The position numbers and the translations under genes are program-made. From an uncultured Alphaproteobacteria bacterium (GTDB lineage: Bacteria; Pseudomonadota; Alphaproteobacteria; ATCC43930; CGMCC-115725), in the NCBI GenBank assembly GCA_963762575.1, contig CAVXLL010000014.1, positions 235,811 to 299,810 of the forward strand: a DNA stretch of 64,000 nucleotides, in the 5' to 3' direction. How positions within the stretch are numbered: the stretch's first letter is position 1; the number at the start of each line of letters is the position of its first letter. This document shows positions 7,877 through 17,436 of the stretch, piece by piece. The notes below the pieces were generated by a model. That model was not told the DNA's origin. It did not search any database and saw nothing but the letters and a program-made list of their open reading frames with translations.

Positions 7877-9790
7877 GTGTGTCCAGGTAAGGCTAGCATG
7901 TTCAGCAGGAGGCAGTCCTGCCGGGGTAAAAGTCAGAGCCCCGTAGTTTGGATAGCGGAGGAGATGGAAACAGAACCTTCGAAGCCTATCGACAAGATCT
8001 CCCGAGGGGAGAGCACGAGTCACCGGGCTGTATCAAAAGAGAACGCATTGTGGCCTCGAAAAAAGTAGCCCCGAGGGCCGAGCCTACCTCCGAAGGGCGA
8101 AGGCAGCAGGAGCCGCCGAACACTGACCGATACGGCTTTCACCTCGGCGGGGTGGAAGCGACGGCACGGTGACAAGGACATGCTGAGCAACTGGAGAAGC
8201 CCTCCTCGTCCCGGCGCGAAATCGCCGGAGCAAGGTAGGCCGTATAACCGGCGACACCGGGAAGTCGGCCGAAGACGAGAGGGTGGCGGCTGGGTCCGGA
8301 GTAGTGAGGAAGCGGAGTAATGTCCGTGGAGCGAAGGGGCCCTGCCATTTGCAATGTCTCCAACGTAAGGAAGGCAAGGACGAGATGACAAAGGCGTCCA
8401 TCGATTTGCAGGACCTGAGGCGGAGACTATACGGCAAGGCGAAGGCTGAACCGTCCTGGCGTTTTTGGGGGCTATACGTCCACGTCTGCAAGATGGAGAC
8501 CCTGCGCGCAGCGTATGCGATGGCCAAACAAAACGATGGGGCCCCGGGAATAGACGGGGTCACGTTCGAGGCCATCGAGGCGCAAGGCGTGGAGGCTCTG
8601 CTCGAGCAGCTGCGCGACGAACTGACCGGGTGCACCTACAAGCCACTCCCAGCCCGGAAGCAGGAGATACCGAAAGACGGGGGCAAAGTCCGCGTCTTAT
8701 CGATCCCGGCGATCCGGGACAGAGTGGTGCAGGGTGCGCTCAAGCTCATCCTCGAACCTGTGTTCGAGGCGGACTTCCAACCGGGGTCGTATGGATATCG
8801 GCCCAAGCGGACAGCACACGACGCGATCAAGCGAGTGGCTGAAGCAATAGCTCAGCGGAAGACGCGGGTCCTGGACTTTGATCTGCGAGCCTACTTTGAC
8901 AATGTCCGGCATGACCGGTTGTTGGAGAAAGTGGCTCAGCGGGTCGACGACAAGGACATCATGCATCTGTTGAAACTTATGCTAAAGGCCTCTGGCAAGA
9001 AGGGCGTTCCGCAAGGCGGCGTGATCTCGCCCTTGCTCAGTAATCTCTACCTCAATGAGGTGGACAAAATGCCGGAGCGAGCGCGGGAAGTCACACGCAA
9101 CGGCAAGTACACCAATGTCGAATATGCGAGGTTCGCTGACGACCTGGTGGTCTTGATCCACGCCTACAAACGTCATGACTGGCTGATTGGAGCAGTGAAC
9201 AAGCGACTACGGGAGGAGTTCGCCAAACTGCAGGTCGAAATCAATGATGAAAAGAGCCGCAGAGTTCGACCTGGAACGAGGTGAGAACTTCGGCTTTCTG
9301 GGGTTTGACTTCCGCTACCTCCGCGGTCTGCGCGGAGTGATGCGGCCGCATTACACGCCCAAGCTCAAAAAGCGGACGGCGCTGCTGCGGGAGCTCAAGC
9401 AGGTATTTCGCCGACACCGGTCGCAACCGATTGAGAGGGTGATAAGCCTGATCAATCCAATGCTGCGGGGGTGGGTCAACTACTTCGCGGTGGGGAACTC
9501 TAGCGAGTGCTTCACCCACATCAGAGATTGGGTAGAGAAGAAGGTCAGGCGCCAGCTGGCGCATGCTCGGAAACGAAAGGGCTTCGGCTGGGAGCGGTGG
9601 AGTAGGCCGTGGCTGTATGACACTCTAGGGCTGTTCAACAGCTATCGAGTGCGACACGACGGACCGAAAGTTGCCCCGGCATGATAGGTCCCATAAGCCC
9701 TGAAGTGAAGCAAATGGGGGCGCGCAGTGCGGGAAATCCGCATGCTGCGTGCGACGTGGAGGGGGCTGGAAACGTGGCACGGTCGGGATA
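7877..9790 (+). mobile_element. Group II intron (boundaries approximate)
   Basis: Begins with GTGTG (GUGYG consensus) at 7877. Contains an RT/maturase ORF in the domain IV position. Candidate domain V at 9722-9750 (GCGCAGUGCGGGAAAUCCGCAUGCUGCGU, GAAA-type loop, 2-nt bulge). The 3' end is not pinned. Confidence 0.7.
8385..9684 (+). pseudogene. Group II intron reverse transcriptase/maturase, one frameshift near 9255-9265
   Basis: RT motifs (GAPGIDGVTFEAIE, RVLSIPAIRDRVVQGA, YGYRPKRTAHDA, GVPQGGVISPLLSNLYLNEVD, FADDLVVL) in frame 8283-9284. The maturase X domain (LINPMLRGWVNYF) continues in frame 9244-9684. No endonuclease domain seen. Confidence 0.85.
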
Positions 9791-10169
9791 CCTCGGCCAA
9801 CTGGCGCGCCAGTCCTCGACCCTACCGGGAAAGCCGTTCTTCGTCCCGTCGCCTGGGATCAGGTTCGCGGAGCGCGCGGAAGGGGTCAAGGGACCGAAAC
9901 GGTAGCACAGCTTGGCGGCTTGCCGCTTAGCGTCGCTTGTGTTTCGCAGCGCCTTGACGCCTGAGCACGCGGAGCGACGATGAACGGCGAGACGGGCTTT
10001 TGCATAGCTTCGGGGCGGTCGGTGCCTGAGGATTCGAGGGGAGCTCGCCACTGGGGCACATCTTCGTGCCACAGACTTGTATGCGGTAGGGTCATTTGAT
10101 CCTGACCATGATGCAGTCATGCGCATCGGCGGCGAAGCTCCGGGCGGCGGGCCCATTCTCTCGGTCGGC

Positions 10170-10225
10170 ATCAAGTGCCAGGTTCGAATACGGCATCCCG
10201 CCACCTCGGATCGTGAGTTCGGCAG
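10170..10225 (+). repeat. Degenerate TLH-like repeat
   Basis: GGTTCGAATACGGCATCCCGCCACCTCGGATCGTGAGTTCGGCAG resembles the family consensus but is diverged. Confidence 0.35.
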
Positions 10226-10293
10226 TCGTGCTGAAAAGCCAGCGCGAGCGCCGAAATGGTGCTGAGTGGTATGCTCGTTCCGGTAAGCCCGTT

Positions 10294-10518
10294 TCAGGAT
10301 GCTGGACGTAAGACGACGCCCTCCAGTGGTTCGCCAGCAGTGACAAAGCGCCAGAGCGCAATGATCAGTTTGCGTGCCAGCGCGACAATCATTGTCTTGC
10401 GCGTGCCACTACGGCTGTCGGCGGTGCGTTCTGGTCCAAGGCGACGAGGGATCTGCTCAGGTCGTTTGGCTGGGGCATCGCGGCACTCCATCGTTAGATG
10501 CAGCGACGAGGTTGCCAT
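10294..10518 (-). pseudogene. IS110-family transposase, C-terminal fragment
   Basis: ..RTADSRSGTRKTMIVALARKLIIALWRFVTAGEPLEGVVL matches the conserved C-terminus of IS110/IS1111-type transposases. No N-terminal part is present. Confidence 0.65.
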
Positions 10519-10813
10519 TCCTCGCCGCCCGCCCCATAGCGTCTCTCGGTCCCCCGCAGGGGAGCCGCGATTTTGATGCCGCCCGTAGCCGCGAACTTGA
10601 CTTGCTGAACAAATCCACCGGCAGAGGAGGCGAGATGTATTAGTCGAGACTTGGTCTGACAGACGCTGTTGGTTGATTGAGCCTGTATAGCTGTTGCCGG
10701 TCTTCAGGCGGCCATGAGTTTCTCCTTCGCCAGTGGGATTTCGTCAAGGAAGGTCTGCATCGGAGTCTTGCCGAAGCACCAGCGGCCCTGATGCGGTCGA
10801 CGATAGTTGTACA

Positions 10814-11392
10814 AAGCGACGAGATAACGCCCATAAGATCGAGGAGCTTGAGGTCCTCTACCCGTGGCATCCGTGGTTCGGACGGGTTGTTCATGTCCAT
10901 GAGGTGATCGAGCAACGAGCCGGCGGCGTCCTTCACTGCAGTCCGGATGGCGACGCTTCACGGCGTTGGCTTGAGCTGCCGCAGTGGATGTTCGACCGTG
11001 CGGCATGCCTGGCGATCCGCATGGCGGCCTCACCGCGTGTCGATACCACGGCGCTCATCGCCTTGAAGACGTGTCTTGCGGACGCGTCGGATGCTGGCTT
11101 GTGCGGCGGCCCTCTATCGAATGCCTCTGCTTCTGGTGCAGGGAGGAACTCCTGCGACCAGAATCAGGGAGCTGCCCGTGCGACACAAGTACCGACGTCC
11201 ACCCAGCCATCAGGCCGCCGTCAAGCAGTTAGATCTATTCGGTCTGCCAGGCGCGAAGCACCCGACCCCGGTGTTAGAGTGGCAGCAGCTGCCGGAGGAG
11301 ACCCGCCAGATGGTCACCGGGCTGATGGTGCACCTACTCGTCAACCACCAACGCCGCGATCGCGAGCCCAACTCGATAGGAAGGCGTGGTGA
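10814..11392 (+). CDS. LSR-element ORF-A (conserved YPWHPW protein); no canonical start inside the element; true end uncertain
   Basis: The frame is open from the left element end. Conserved with copy 1 ([28 protein letters not shown]). First in-frame GTG/ATG lies downstream of the conserved N-terminal motif. Confidence 0.45.
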   Translation, partial: KRRDNAHKIEELEVLYPWHPWFGRVVHVHEVIEQRAGGVLHCSPDGDASRRWLELPQWMFDRAACLAIRMAASPRVDTTALIALKTCLADASDAGLCGGPLSNASASGAGRNSCDQNQGAARATQVPTSTQPSGRRQAVRSIRSARREAPDPGVRVAAAAGGDPPDGHRADGAPTRQPPTPRSRAQLDRKAW

Positions 11393-11399
11393 TGTCTGA
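11076..11399 (+). CDS. LSR-element ORF-B (small protein overlapping the recombinase start)
   Basis: [42 protein letters not shown] is conserved with the second frame of copy 1. Its stop overlaps the LSR start by 8-14 nt. Confidence 0.45.
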   Translation: MRTRRMLACAAALYRMPLLLVQGGTPATRIRELPVRHKYRRPPSHQAAVKQLDLFGLPGAKHPTPVLEWQQLPEETRQMVTGLMVHLLVNHQRRDREPNSIGRRGDV

Positions 11400-13461
11400 C
11401 AAGATCAAGCCGCACCATCTGGCACGCAAAGCGCTTCTCTATGTGCGGCAATCTTCGACCCACCAGCTTCTGCACAACCGCGAGAGCCAGGCGCTGCAGT
11501 ATGCCATGCGGGATCGGCTCGTGGCGCTTGGCCGGTCCGAGGTCGACACGGTGGACGACGATCTCGGGCGATCTGCCGCGGGCGGCGTGACGCGCGTCGG
11601 GTTCGAACGGATGGTAGCCGAGGTCTGCCTCGGCAAAGTCGGCGCGGTAGCGGCCCGCGAAGTCTCCCGCTTCGCGCGCAACAGCCGCGATTGGCAGCAG
11701 CTGATCGAGATGTGCCGCGTGGTTGACACCGTCTTGATCGACCAGGAGATGGTCTACGCACCGCGCCAAGGCAACGACCGACTGTTGCTCGGCCTCAAGG
11801 GAAGCCTCAACGAGTATGAGCTCGATCTCTTACGGCAACGATCATTGTCGGCCCGCTACGAAAAGGCGCGGCGGGGTGAACTAATCGTTGCAGCGCCGGT
11901 CGGCTTCGTGAAGGTGGGCGACCATCTCGAGAAGGATCCAGATCGCCGGGTACAGGGAGCGATCGAACTGGTCTTCGACAAGGTGGCCGAACTGGGCAGC
12001 GCGCGCCAGGCGCTCCTGTGGTTCCGCGAACACGGCCTCAAGCTGCCCGTGAAGCAGAGCAACGGTGAAGTCGAATGGCGCAGCCCCCGCTATGCCAGCA
12101 TCCATCGGATGATCACCAACCCGATCTATGGCGGTGCCTACGCTTACGGAAAGACCAGCGTCACCGTGCACTACGACGGCATCATGGCTCGCGCCAAGAG
12201 CCGACGCAAGCCGCGCGAGGAATGGCTAGCATTGCGCCCAGGCACCCATGAGGGCTATGTCGATTGGGAGCGCTCGGAGGCGATCCGCAGGATGGTCAGC
12301 GACAACATCCCAAACAGCCGGCATCACGGCGCTGCCAAGCACGGCGACGCGCTGCTCGCGGGTCTGATCAGGTGTCACCGGTGCGGGCGCAAACTTACGA
12401 TCCGCTACACGGGCGCAAAGCACAATATCCCCCGCTACAGCTGCAGCCGGGGCTGGCTCGACAATGGCGAGCCGCGTTGCATCGCCTTTGGCGGTTTGCG
12501 GGTGGACGATGCCATTGAAGCGGCGATCCTGAAAGTTGTTGAACCAAGCGCCATTGCCGCAGCGATCGAGGCCGATGCGCAGGAAGCGGCGCGTCGCGAC
12601 GAGGTCCGCGACGCCTTGGTCCGAGACCTGGAAGCAATGCGCTATACCGCCGATCGCGCCTTCCGACAATACGACGCGACCGATCCCGCCAATCGTCTGG
12701 TGGCAGCAGAGCTGGAACTGCGCTGGAACCGGGCATTGACACGCGTCAGCGAGATGGAGGCGCGCATTGCCGCTCACTATAGGGCGGCGCCCCCTCGGTC
12801 GGAACTCTCAGCGGTCTCTTTCGTGACCCTCGCCGATGACTTGCAAACGGTGTGGCAAGCGCCGACGACCGATGTGCGGTTGAAGAAACGGATCGTCCGC
12901 GCGGTGATTAAGGAGGTAGTCGCCGATGTCGACGCCGAGGCCGGCGAGATCATTCTGTTTCTCCACTGGATGGGTGGGATTCATACGGAGTTGCGCCTGC
13001 CCAGACGTCGACGCGGGCAACGTGATAGCACGTCACAGGACATCGTCGCCGCCGTTCGACAGCTTGTCCTGATCGCCAATGATGAACTGATTGCCGGTAT
13101 TCTCAATCGCAACAAGCTGACCACGGGCCGTGGCAATCGCTGGACCCGGGAACGAGTGACGGCGCTTCGATCGCATCACAAGATCCCGGTCTATTGTCCT
13201 CCTGAGCAAGGTCAAGAGCCGTGGCTCAATCTGAGCAAGGCCGCAGCGTATCTGCAGATCAGTTCCAAGACCTTGCGCTTGGCCGCCGAGGGCGGCGAAA
13301 TCGACGCGCTACACCCCTTGCCGGACGGACCTTGGATCCTCAGCCGCGCCGTCCTCGACAGCACCGCGGCGAAGGTCGTGGTCCGTCGCGCCCGGAACCG
13401 CGCAAAACACCCCTCGGGACCGCATCCTGATCAACAAAATCTCTTCTCTTCAATTGCATAG
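11386..13461 (+). CDS. Large serine recombinase (resolvase/invertase N-domain + recombinase domain + zinc ribbon + coiled coil)
   Basis: 691 aa: [20 protein letters not shown] (catalytic Ser), [50 protein letters not shown] zinc ribbon, and a long C-terminal helical region. The start may be the ATG at 11392. Confidence 0.93.
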   Translation: MVMSDKIKPHHLARKALLYVRQSSTHQLLHNRESQALQYAMRDRLVALGRSEVDTVDDDLGRSAAGGVTRVGFERMVAEVCLGKVGAVAAREVSRFARNSRDWQQLIEMCRVVDTVLIDQEMVYAPRQGNDRLLLGLKGSLNEYELDLLRQRSLSARYEKARRGELIVAAPVGFVKVGDHLEKDPDRRVQGAIELVFDKVAELGSARQALLWFREHGLKLPVKQSNGEVEWRSPRYASIHRMITNPIYGGAYAYGKTSVTVHYDGIMARAKSRRKPREEWLALRPGTHEGYVDWERSEAIRRMVSDNIPNSRHHGAAKHGDALLAGLIRCHRCGRKLTIRYTGAKHNIPRYSCSRGWLDNGEPRCIAFGGLRVDDAIEAAILKVVEPSAIAAAIEADAQEAARRDEVRDALVRDLEAMRYTADRAFRQYDATDPANRLVAAELELRWNRALTRVSEMEARIAAHYRAAPPRSELSAVSFVTLADDLQTVWQAPTTDVRLKKRIVRAVIKEVVADVDAEAGEIILFLHWMGGIHTELRLPRRRRGQRDSTSQDIVAAVRQLVLIANDELIAGILNRNKLTTGRGNRWTRERVTALRSHHKIPVYCPPEQGQEPWLNLSKAAAYLQISSKTLRLAAEGGEIDALHPLPDGPWILSRAVLDSTAAKVVVRRARNRAKHPSGPHPDQQNLFSSIA

Positions 13462-14706
13462 ATAGATGGGTGTGATGAAGCGGGGTTGTACTCGATCAAC
13501 CAGGCGTCCAGGTCGGCCTGCAGCTCGTCGATCGAGTGATAGATCTTCTTGCGGAAAGCGATGCGATAGAATTCATCCAATACAGTGCGATGGAAGCGCT
13601 CACAAATTCCGTTCGTTTTGCGGGCTCTTGGTCTTGGTGCGGCTGTGATCAATGTCCTCAACCGCGAGATAGAGCTCGTATTCATGGCTTTGGGTGCCGC
13701 AAAACTCGGTGCCGCGATCGGTCAGCACGCGCGACAGGCGGATGCCGTGCTCGTCATAAAACGGCACCACCCGGTCATTGAGGATCTCGGCCGCGGTGAT
13801 CGGGGTCTTGCGGTCATAGAGCTTGGCGAAGGCGACCTTGGCATAGGTGTCGATGAAAGTCTGCTGATAGACCCGCCCCACACCCTTCAGCGTGCCGACG
13901 TAGAAGGTGTCCTGGGCACCGCAATAGCCTGGGCACTCGCTCTCGAACTCGCCATGCGCCTCCTTGTCGGTCTTGGCCTTCTCGAGGGCGGCGATCTGGG
14001 TTTCGGTGAGCAGGATGCCATCCTGCGCCACCTTGGCCTCGAGCGCCTTCAGGCGCAGCTTCATCGACGTCAGGTCGTGGCGCTGCCACACGCAGCGCAC
14101 CCCGGCCGGCGAGATCGACAGACCCCGCCGCTTCAGCGCCTCCGAGATGCGCACCTGGCCCCAGGCCGGCTGCTCGATCGCCAGCGCCACCACCGCCTGT
14201 TCGATCTCGATCGGTGTGCGGTTCTTTAGGATCGGCTTGCGGCGGCTGATCTCCTGCAATGCCAGCTCGCCGCCTTTGTCGTACAGCTCCTTGAAACGGT
14301 AAAAGCTGTCCCGGCTGTATCCAATCATTTTGCAGGCTTGGCTGACATTGCCAAGCTGCTTGGCCAGCTCCAATAACCCCACCTTCGCCCGAATGATCTT
14401 TTGCTCTTGCGTCATGTCGTGATCTCCGTCCCGCCGAAGGGCGGGTCGCGGTCCCAGCTCGGGGTGAGAACCGCGCCCCGCCCTCCGGCTCACTTCGGAA
14501 AATCAACAACGTTTGTCAGATTAAGTCCAAGCTATTACAAATGATTTGAGCGGCGGCTGCACGGCGAGGATCACGGTCGCGCCCTTGGCGGCAACGGCCG
14601 GGGCATATCGGCAGAATTGCAGTGTGTCACCGAGGCCTTGCTCCGCGTGAATGAAGATGGTCTTTCCCGATATGTCTTCCTTGCCGAGCCAAAGCGGCGC
14701 TGCGAT

Positions 14707-15918
14707 TTAGCCGGCGGGCCTAAACACCATCGCGACCGGTGTGATGGAGGGGGTTACCTGGCCAGTTGGCTTCAATTCGCCGGTCTCCGGGTGGATCTCG
14801 AACTGAACGATGGTGTCGCCCTTCTGGTTGGCGACGTACAGCCACTTCCCACTCGGGTCGATGGCGAAGTTGCGGGGAAAATTTACGCCTTGCGTGGCGA
14901 ATCCGATCACCGAGAGCAAGCCTGTCGAGGGATCAATTCGATAGCCCACGATGCTGTTGTGGCCGCGGTTAGAGGCATAGAGGAATTTGCCGGACGGATG
15001 CACCGCGACTTCGGCCGTGCTGTGCGGTCCGTTGTATCCGGCTGGTTCGGTCGAGATGGTCTGCAGTTCCTTCCCGATCAGCCCCATGCCGGCGTCGTAG
15101 GCAAAAGCCGTCACCGTCGCATTCAGCTCATTTAGGACGTAGAGGCGCTTGCTGCTCAGGTCGAATGCGATATGCCGCGGTCCGGCACCGGGCGCCACCT
15201 GCGCCTCGCTGACGCGCGTGAGACCGCCGTCGCTGAGGCGGAAGACCTGGACCTTGTCGATGCCGAGATCCGCCGCGGCGATGAAGCGGCCGGCCGGGTC
15301 GAAGACGACACTGTGAGGATGCGGCGCCTCCTGCCGCTTCTCGTTCGGGCCGCTGCCGGTATCCTTCACCTCGCCGCTAACGGGGCCGAGCCGTCCATCG
15401 GCCTCGGTTGGCAGGACGACGAAATCGCCGCCGATATAGTTGGCGATAACGAGGTGGTGCGCCGTCGGATCCACCGCCAGATGGGCCGGAATGGGGCTAT
15501 GTAAGGACTGCCGATTGAGTAGTTTGATCATCCCGGTGTTCGGGTCGATCGCGTAAGCCTCGGCCGAACCGCTCTTCTGCCCTTCGTAGTCATCGATCTC
15601 GTTGATCACGTACAGGAAACGGCGCGATGGATCGAGTGCGGCGAACGACGGATTGGCGCTCTTCAGTTGCTGGACCGGCGACAATGCACCCGTCGCCGGA
15701 TCGAACCCGAAGACCGAAAGTCCGACAGGATTATTGCTGCCACCTCCTGGCGGGTTCTTGGTGTACGAGCCGACATAGACAAACATCAGCCCTGATGTGT
15801 CAGCGGCGTGGCCGGCAGCGACCGGGAGCACGAGGCTGGCGACACCGAGGGCGCCAGCAGCCAGGACACCGCGGCGGCTGACCTTGGGTAGTGCGGATTT
15901 GACTTCGTGTTCGTCCAT
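14707..15918 (-). CDS. Lactonase, 7-bladed beta-propeller family (6-phosphogluconolactonase-like), Tat-type signal
   Basis: MDEHEVKSALPKVSRRGVLAAGALGVASLVLPVAAGHA signal. Repeated propeller motifs (PSFAALDPSRRFLYVINE, PAHLAVDPTAHHLVIANY, PHSVVFDPAGRFIAAADLG, PRHIAFDLSSKRLYVLNE, PRNFAIDPSGKWLYVANQ). Confidence 0.88.
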   Translation of the reverse strand: MDEHEVKSALPKVSRRGVLAAGALGVASLVLPVAAGHAADTSGLMFVYVGSYTKNPPGGGSNNPVGLSVFGFDPATGALSPVQQLKSANPSFAALDPSRRFLYVINEIDDYEGQKSGSAEAYAIDPNTGMIKLLNRQSLHSPIPAHLAVDPTAHHLVIANYIGGDFVVLPTEADGRLGPVSGEVKDTGSGPNEKRQEAPHPHSVVFDPAGRFIAAADLGIDKVQVFRLSDGGLTRVSEAQVAPGAGPRHIAFDLSSKRLYVLNELNATVTAFAYDAGMGLIGKELQTISTEPAGYNGPHSTAEVAVHPSGKFLYASNRGHNSIVGYRIDPSTGLLSVIGFATQGVNFPRNFAIDPSGKWLYVANQKGDTIVQFEIHPETGELKPTGQVTPSITPVAMVFRPAG

Positions 15919-16265
15919 TGTTCGATGTCCTCCATTGATGCGGCGAATGTGTCGATGGGCAGCCTCTATTGTCACGATCGTGCCCCGGATTTGGAGTTCG
16001 CCGGCGAACCTCACAGGTCGTGTAGCAAAATTAGGGGAACCTGACCTAACGGCGTCTCCGGCGGGGTCAGGTTAACCGTTCGGTCTGTGGTTAACGCGTT
16101 GGCGAGTCGCCCATCGGCTCTGGCAGCTCGTAGCCGACCCGCCTGAAGGAGACGAGAAAGGCGATCGACGCGTCGCCGGCGAGCATGCTCGAGATGCCTA
16201 TACCACTCTGCGATGATCCCCCGACGCCAACATCTCGGCCTGCAGAGCAAGCGGCGGGATTCCTA

Positions 16266-16667
16266 TTATGATTTTGAAGCAAGCAACTCGCCCAGGTGCT
16301 TATCGAGCTGACTGATCGCATTCGCATCGGCGCCGAACAATGCGAGATGCCCATCAATGGTTTGGATCGGTCGGAACTCCGCATTGGGTATGAGTCGCCA
16401 CTCGGCTTGGCAATCTGCCGGTGGGAAAAACATGTCTGAGGACATCGGCATGACGAAGGTCTTGGCTTTAATTCGGCTCAACGCGGCCCGCAGGTCTCCG
16501 CCCGTGTGGCGGCTGACATCGCCGCGCTGCCATTTCCACGCCATGCACAGCAGATCATTAGGGTCCATGACGCTGAAATAGGTATACAGGAAGTTGATGA
16601 TGAAATCGTCCATGGAAGAAAAGCCGAGGGCTTTGTATCTACCGAACAACAACGTGTGTTTCTTCAC
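16266..16667 (-). pseudogene. Alpha/beta hydrolase (homoserine acetyltransferase-like) C-terminal fragment
   Basis: ..DLRAALSRIKAKTFVMPMSSDMFFPPADCQAEWRLIPNAEFRPIQTIDGHLALFG resembles the C-terminal third of the family. No N-terminal nucleophile region is present. Confidence 0.5.
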
Positions 16668-16693
16668 GCGCTCGCCGGTTGAAAGCCCGTCCC

Positions 16694-16867
16694 CTAATTG
16701 GCATCATCTTGGCTTTCGCTGTCATTGTCACCGTCATTGAGGCTCTTGCTGATTGCTCGGATGATGTCCGGATTACCGCCCGTCTTTTGCAGGAATTGGA
16801 TCGCGTTTTCGACAGCATCCCGAGCAACCTGCGAAGCACGACGAACGGGCCTTCCTGGTGGAGACAT
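16694..16867 (-). CDS. Small acidic hypothetical protein (57 aa)
   Basis: My own translation, below the ORF-track size cutoff: MSPPGRPVRRASQVARDAVENAIQFLQKTGGNPDIIRAISKSLNDGDNDSESQDDAN. No homology recognised. Confidence 0.25.
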   Translation of the reverse strand: MSPPGRPVRRASQVARDAVENAIQFLQKTGGNPDIIRAISKSLNDGDNDSESQDDAN

Positions 16868-17040
16868 TCACGAGCAGCGCGAGGATGATCGCCGCTAAAC
16901 CCAGGAGGAGTTGGATGCTCACCGCCCTCCACGCCGGGGCAGCTACGAAATTGCCGCTTGCACAAGCCGACGATCGGGATGGTCAACGGCCTCGCCTATG
17001 GCGGCGCGGCAGTGCCTCCTCGCTCGACATGCGGACGAAA

Positions 17041-17252
17041 ATGCGAGCCTATAACTTGAACGAATTGATGAGCCTCACACGCACCGAACTCTTGGCGCTG
17101 CACCGACGGATCGTCCGCGCCCTCGCGCTAATGCCCGCGGGTTCTCCCAGCGGCTTATTGCGCTTGCGAACCTGCGCTACATCCGGCAGGTGCTGAAACG
17201 GCCCACCGCTGCAACGCGGATCACGCCATATCCCACGGTACATCGAAAATAG
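17041..17252 (+). pseudogene. Small conserved hypothetical protein, apparent frameshift near 17150
   Basis: MRAYNLNELMSLTRTELLALHRRIVRALALMPAGSP continues more plausibly in the +2 frame as LIALANLRYIRQVLKRP. Confidence 0.3.
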
Positions 17253-17436
17253 TGAGGGTCATGTCCTCCCCATCGAGATCCACCTCAAGCACCCGATTTA
17301 CCCGCTCGCCTATCCCCTTGCGAATAATAATGATGCACGGCATCGATGGCGTCCGAGGTGGCTTTGACGGTGTCACCGAGCCGCTCGGAAATGGGTGACG
17401 GCTTGAGGTTAAATCCTGCCCCGATAGGAGGAATAG

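Larger units (their letters stand above)
10813..13491 (+). mobile_element. Compact large-serine-recombinase (LSR) element, complete copy
   Basis: 2,679-bp insert bounded by GTTGTAC at 10806-10812 and 13485-13491. Removing it restores the IS481 transposase frame. Its only genes are ORF-A, ORF-B and an LSR. Confidence 0.75.
10704..14415 (-). pseudogene. IS481-family (rve/DDE) transposase, split by the LSR element and carrying a +1 frameshift near 13620
   Basis: N-terminal part 13600-14415 ([29 protein letters not shown].. HTH, DDE core), middle part 13492-13625 ([24 protein letters not shown]), C-terminal part 10704-10812 (YRRPHQGRWCFGKTPMQTFLD). An extra A in CAAAAC breaks the frame. Confidence 0.85.
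10636..14539 (-). mobile_element. IS481-family insertion sequence carrying a nested 2.68-kb insertion
   Basis: Imperfect terminal IRs: TGTATTAGTCGAGACTTGGTCTGACAGACG (10636-) versus rc of 14510-14539, TGTAATAGCTTGGACTTAATCTGACAAACG. About 1.2 kb once the insert is removed. No flanking direct repeat seen. Confidence 0.8.

Noticed and set aside
8283-9684. Reverse transcriptase as a retron, DGR or Abi-type defence RT.
   Set aside because: The RT has the group II intron maturase X domain. It is preceded by GUGUG and ~500 nt of structured-looking non-coding sequence, and followed by a domain V-like hairpin. There is no msr/msd-like or TR/VR repeat.
10733-10812. ATG at 10733 as the genuine start of LSR-element ORF-A.
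   Set aside because: These codons lie in IS481 sequence outside the insert, antisense to the transposase C-terminus, so they cannot be part of the mobile element's own gene. Fortuitous read-through expression cannot be excluded.
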